Below, one piece after another: positions 36,071 through 41,317 of a stretch of DNA of 41,317 nucleotides (position 1 is the first letter of the stretch; the number at the start of each line of letters is the position of its first letter). Position numbers and translations under genes: made by a program. The notes under the pieces are model-generated. The model saw nothing but the letters and a program-made list of their open reading frames with translations. It searched no databases and had not been told where the DNA came from. The DNA lies in assembly GCF_001194135.2 (NCBI RefSeq), contig NC_068989.1:93530305-93571621 (forward strand). The letters run 5' to 3'. This DNA is from Octopus bimaculoides. Lineage: Eukaryota.

Positions 36071-38858
36071 AACACCCGCCACTACACCTTATAAATAACT
36101 TACTATATTTGTCACATACCTGTGATAAATATAAGAAACAGAAATAGATAAAATATAAATAATAAATAAATAAATCCATATTAAGGCCATGGATATATAC
36201 AACATACGAGGCGAATCCACACAGACACACAAACACACACACAAGAAATTACACCAACGTCCACAGCAATGTCAACACGAATAACAATGACAGCAGCAGC
36301 GGCGGTGACAACGATGACAGTAACAACTACTACTACGATAGTAACACCGTGGGCGAATACACAAACAGAGAGATACAGGAACTATACCAAATTTTCGGGT
36401 TTTAGGACAGCAGCACTAAACACACACACACACACACACACAAACACGGACGCAAACGCATGCACGCATATGGAGTCACATCTTAGAAGAACAGAATGGA
36501 GCAACTGGAACAAGAGCACACAAGATAACGGAAAGTGTCGCTGAAGAGGTCACAGATGTGTGACGAAATATTTCCGGGCAATGGACATGAGTTAGAATTA
36601 AATAAAACATATACGAACAGTTATAAACGAGTGAAGGNNNNNNNNNNNNNNNNNNNNNNNNNNNNNNNNNNNNNNNNNNNNNNNNNNNNNNNNNNNNNNN
36701 NNNNNNNNNNNNNNNNNNNNNNNNNNNNNNNNNNNNNNNNNNNNNNNNNNNNNNNNNNNNNNNNNNNNNNNNNNNNNNNNNNNNNNNNNNNNNNNNNNNN
36801 NNNNNNNNNNNNNNNNNNNNNNNNNNNNNNNNNNNNNNNNNNNNNNNNNNNNNNNNNNNNNNNNNNNNNNNNNNNNNNNNNNNNNNNNNNNNNNNNNNNN
36901 NNNNNNNNNNNNNNNNNNNNNNNNNNNNNNNNNNNNNNNNNNNNNNNNNNNNNNNNNNNNNNNNNNNNNNNNNNNNNNNNNNNNNNNNNNNNNNNNNNNN
37001 NNNNNNNNNNNNNNNNNNNNNNNNNNNNNNNNNNNNNNNNNNNNNNNNNNNNNNNNNNNNNNNNNNNNNNNNNNNNNNNNNNNNNNNNNNNNNNNNNNNN
37101 NNNNNNNNNNNNNNNNNNNNNNNNNNNNNNNNNNNNNNNNNNNNNNNNNNNNNNNNNNNNNNNNNNNNNNNNNNNNNNNNNNNNNNNNNNNNNNNNNNNN
37201 NNNNNNNNNNNNNNNNNNNNNNNNNNTTTTATCTACTCCGCGTTTCGAACGTTGGGACAAGACGCGACTTCGTTAAAACAGTCGTTCCCGCAAAGCAAAT
37301 TAAATAGAATTTGGGATTTTCGGAGGGTTAAAGTGGTAACAAAAACAGGACAGTAAGAACAGAACAGTAAAAACAAATGGTAAGGGCTGTTATTCCATAA
37401 TGAGGTAAGGTGCTGAACGCCAGAGAAAGGAGCTTTGACAGGAGACAGACAAAAATGTGTCTTGTGTCTTGTAAAGCAAGACGAAGAACGATAGCTGCTG
37501 GTCGTGTGTGAGCAACGAGAGAGTCAAGGAGGAAGAGTGAAGGAGAGAGGGAGGGAAAGAGAACGGTGAAGAGGGAGGAGAAGAAAAACAGAAAGAACGA
37601 TGAATAATAGTGGAATGATAGATGGAGACTAGAGATAGTTGTAGAGTGCGCATCAGAATTATTATGATAAATCTTACTTAGAAATGGATACGTGGAGTTC
37701 GGTCATATAATAATATAAATCTATACATATAAATTGACACGGGCAATTCTTTCCTGTCTTGGGATTCACGGTGAAACGGCTGGGTGGAATTGCGTGAAAA
37801 TTTACAAAGATGTGTAGAATCAACCGGTGGTGATACGGAGTTTTGTATTTTTTCATAGCTCCCATGGTTACCGAGATAATCTACTATAATAATATTCTTG
37901 TGTTTATGAGCGAGAAAGGAAGGCAGTTATCCCCTGTTTTATCTACTGTTTTGTTCCAACGTTCGAAATGCGGAGTAAATAAAATAGGGGACAACTGATG
38001 AAGGGATAGTTCTTTATGTTGCCTGTATCGTTTCTCTATTTGTTGTTCGAAAAAGTTCGTTTTCCATGTTTTTGTTTTTTTTTATGTTCTCGTTTTTGAT
38101 TTTGCTCAGGTTTTTTTTTATGTGCTGTACCCATATATGCATGTATATATACATATATATGTAGGTATGTACATATATGTATGTTTATATGCATATACAT
38201 ACATATAGATTATAAATACGCTAATGGGGTGAAAGTATTTGACTAGTTGAATAGATTTCAAATAAGGACATTCGGCAGATACTTTCAGATTTATATAAAC
38301 GAAATAACTCAACCTAGTTTAAACCAACAGTCAGAATATCTCTACGTTTCTCGGTTCTGCTGATATCGTGTTATCAANNNNNNNNNNNNNNNNNNNNNNN
38401 NNNNNNNNNNNNNNNNNNNNNNNNNNNNNNNNNNNNNNNNNNNNNNNNNNNNNNNNNNNNNNNNNNNNNNNNNNNNNTACCAAAACTATTGATGGCGTGA
38501 AGAAAGTATTATAGTTTCAAAATGAAACTGAATGAAGGTTTACAGACTGTTTAAACGGCGCTTTATAGTTATATGGTGTTACTGTGATAAACTTTAATTC
38601 CATTGTCTTGGGTGGGTTCGGTATGTCAAAGTTAATAACACACGCACCGGTTCGATATCTCTTAGCAGACCTAGGACAGAAAAATAAGTCGCCAAGAAAC
38701 TTGTTGCGAGCAGTGACGAAAGAAATTTCACTAACAAACAATCGATTGATTGTTTAACCAACACATTATAGAAACGATTGATTAGTTAGTTGGTTAAATA
38801 CTTAACCAATACACTAACAATAAAAAAATGATATCGAACCAGTGCTGTTATTATTGGC

Positions 38859-38935
<77 letters not shown>

Positions 38936-39281
38936 CATCATCATCATTGGCGTTAGAATATGATATTGAATCAGTGCTGTTATTATTAACCAGTGCTGTG
39001 TTGTATTTATTGGCGTAATAACTCCACCAAGACACAAGATTTATTTCAATACACAAATTCACATCAAGAATCTTGCAAATTGAATACGAAACGATGTTTA
39101 ATCCTAGTGTAAATGTTATGAGCTAATTTTCAATATGAATGTAAAACTACTAATCAGAGAACCAAAAAAATAATAAAATAATAATAAAATAATCTCTTCG
39201 TTAATTATTCAGAAATGTCCTTGATAAACTTAGTAACTACTTCTTAATTACTCTTTGTTTTTATATCTTCTCTTGTAACAG

Positions 39282-40385
39282 GTATTGGTTGTGCTTCTCT
39301 TAATGTATCAGCAAATAATGGATTAGCAGCTTATTTCGGCGAAGATAGTCGTAAATTTATTGCATTTGCTACGGTCGGAAAATCTCTTGGATATATAATT
39401 TTCCCAGTCCTTACCAATTACTTCATCGAACTCATGTTCTGGCGCGGAAGTCTTCTTCTCCTGGCTGCTACTTTCATACACACTCTGCCATGTGCTCTCA
39501 TGTATTCTACGGATATGTATAAAAACACGAGGAGAGAAAATTTGGCAGTAAGTGAAAGTAACGTGCAGAACGATTTGTATAAGTCACATTCAAACGATTC
39601 TGAGGAACAAATTCAAAATATTGGTTACGTTGAGGATGAAACGATATCGAACAAACTGGAAATATCTGAGGAGGATAACACTTCCTTGAATCATAACGAA
39701 GACATCAATTTAAATGAAAAATATATTCGTGAGGCTGTTATTAAGGCCTTAAAATATGATAACGAACCATTTGTTATAAATAATACACAACCTGACAAAG
39801 AACATTGTTTGGGTATCGAAGAGACAGCTATAAATTCTATAAAATCTGAAGACGAGGAGGTTGATGCTCAAAGTGACAAGGTGCAAAGAGAAGAAAAATC
39901 TGATTCGAAATTTTCTGCAAAAATTATTACAATTTTAACAAATTTCAATTACCTTTTATTCCTTTTCGCTGTTATTATAACGTACGGCAGTTGTATAACA
40001 ACAGTATCTATCTTACCGGATTATTGCGTACAACAAGGACTGAGTCAAACAGAAAGTGCCCGTATATTTTCAGTAGGGGCGTTCGGTTATGTCTTGGCTT
40101 GTTTCTTCAGTAGTTGGTTGATACATAAAAACATTGTCCCAAGCAGGATTATATTTAGTACTGCAGCCAGCATGAGCGGATTACTGATCTGTATTTATCC
40201 TTCGTTGTCCACTGCTATATATTTGACTTTGCTAACATTTGCTATGATGTTCACAAATGGCCTCATATTCTCTACGTATGTAGTAACTATTATGGATTAC
40301 TTCGAAATCGGATACTTTTCCATAAGTATGGGATTTGGAGAAACAGCAATTGGAACTGGTATTTTAACTATTGGATATCTGATAG
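39282..40385 (+). CDS. Gene C exon 4 (SLC16-like, third paralog); other exons not visible
   Basis: Acceptor TCTCTTGTAACAG, donor ATAG/GTAAAT, 1104 nt, open, phase 1/1 as in A and B. Confidence 0.9.
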
Positions 40386-41317
40386 GTAAATATATAACAT
40401 TTTTCTTATCCATATTTCAGAATATACTAAGTTACAACCGTTGTGATAATATATATACATATGAAGTATGTGTCAAGGAAAAAATGAGACGATCGGTCGT
40501 TGCTGTTTGGTCGTTGACGATCTGGTCTGGCCAACTAGATATTCAGCATGTTTACGCAGCAGCACTTTTCTATACTGGATGTTAACACGCGTGCGCACAA
40601 ATAAGTGCATACCTGCAGATACGGAGAGAGAGGGGGTGTAAGGGGGAGAGGGAGGGAAGGAGAGGGAGATATTAGATATAGAGGCGTGACTAGAAGCATA
40701 AGTAAAAGCATAACTAGAAGCACCAACAAATAAACAGAGGAAGAGAAGGAGAGAAAGAAAGGAAAATATCACAATTTATCAATTCAGAACTATTGCCGTA
40801 AATGCTTTCCCTTCTCTTCATACACACAAGGAGAAGTACAATTACTCACACAAATAGAGAAAGAGAGGGATAGGGAGAGAGACAGAGACAGACAGACAGA
40901 TAGAAAGAAGGATAGGGAGGGAAAAACAGACATTTTTAAACATCTGTTGTCAAGTAAGTCTGCTTGGAATCAGTGATGCCAAATAGACGGTGACAAAACG
41001 GCTGTACCAAAACGTCTCATTCCTGTATGACTGTTGCGGAAGTAATCTCCAGCCAGCAATTATAGTATTTTATTTAGAAACATTTAAATGGAATGAAATA
41101 TAAGAAATATCGTTTCTGTAGATAATCAGTTTTCGTTAATCAGTGTAAAAACCTATAAACCTGTCATATCCTCACAATTTTTATTACGTAACTCCAACAA
41201 TTTGAGAGAATATATATTCTACAAGAGATTCTTTCAGTTTCTATGGAGATAAAGATTTTTTCCATTCCTGCATAGTATGACAGAATGGTTCAGAATTTTG
41301 CTTAATAATCACGGGAT

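Overview
Animal genomic scaffold: AT-rich, gapped, microsatellite-dense. The SINE, mariner and LINE content suggests a coleoid cephalopod, probably Octopus (inference). The main feature is a cluster of three paralogous, intron-containing SLC16/monocarboxylate-transporter-like MFS genes. Gene A (minus, 20736->10827) and gene B (plus, 24310->33664) sit head-to-head in a ~10 kb inverted duplication; each has a five-exon model of ~540 aa with consistent splice phases and a 23-nt first coding exon. Gene C (plus) shows only its large exon (39282-40385); its 5' exons probably lie in a 100-N gap and its last exon beyond the window. All three lack the residues that drive proton-coupled monocarboxylate transport in MCT1, and the paralogs differ more in predicted pore helices than in the normally hypervariable central loop. 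The rest is repeats: several tRNA-derived SINE families (one with a Penelope-type minimal hammerhead motif in its tail), decayed mariners, CR1-, RTE-, L1/Tx1- and Penelope-like fragments, and microsatellites. No genuine tRNA, rRNA or CRISPR is supported.
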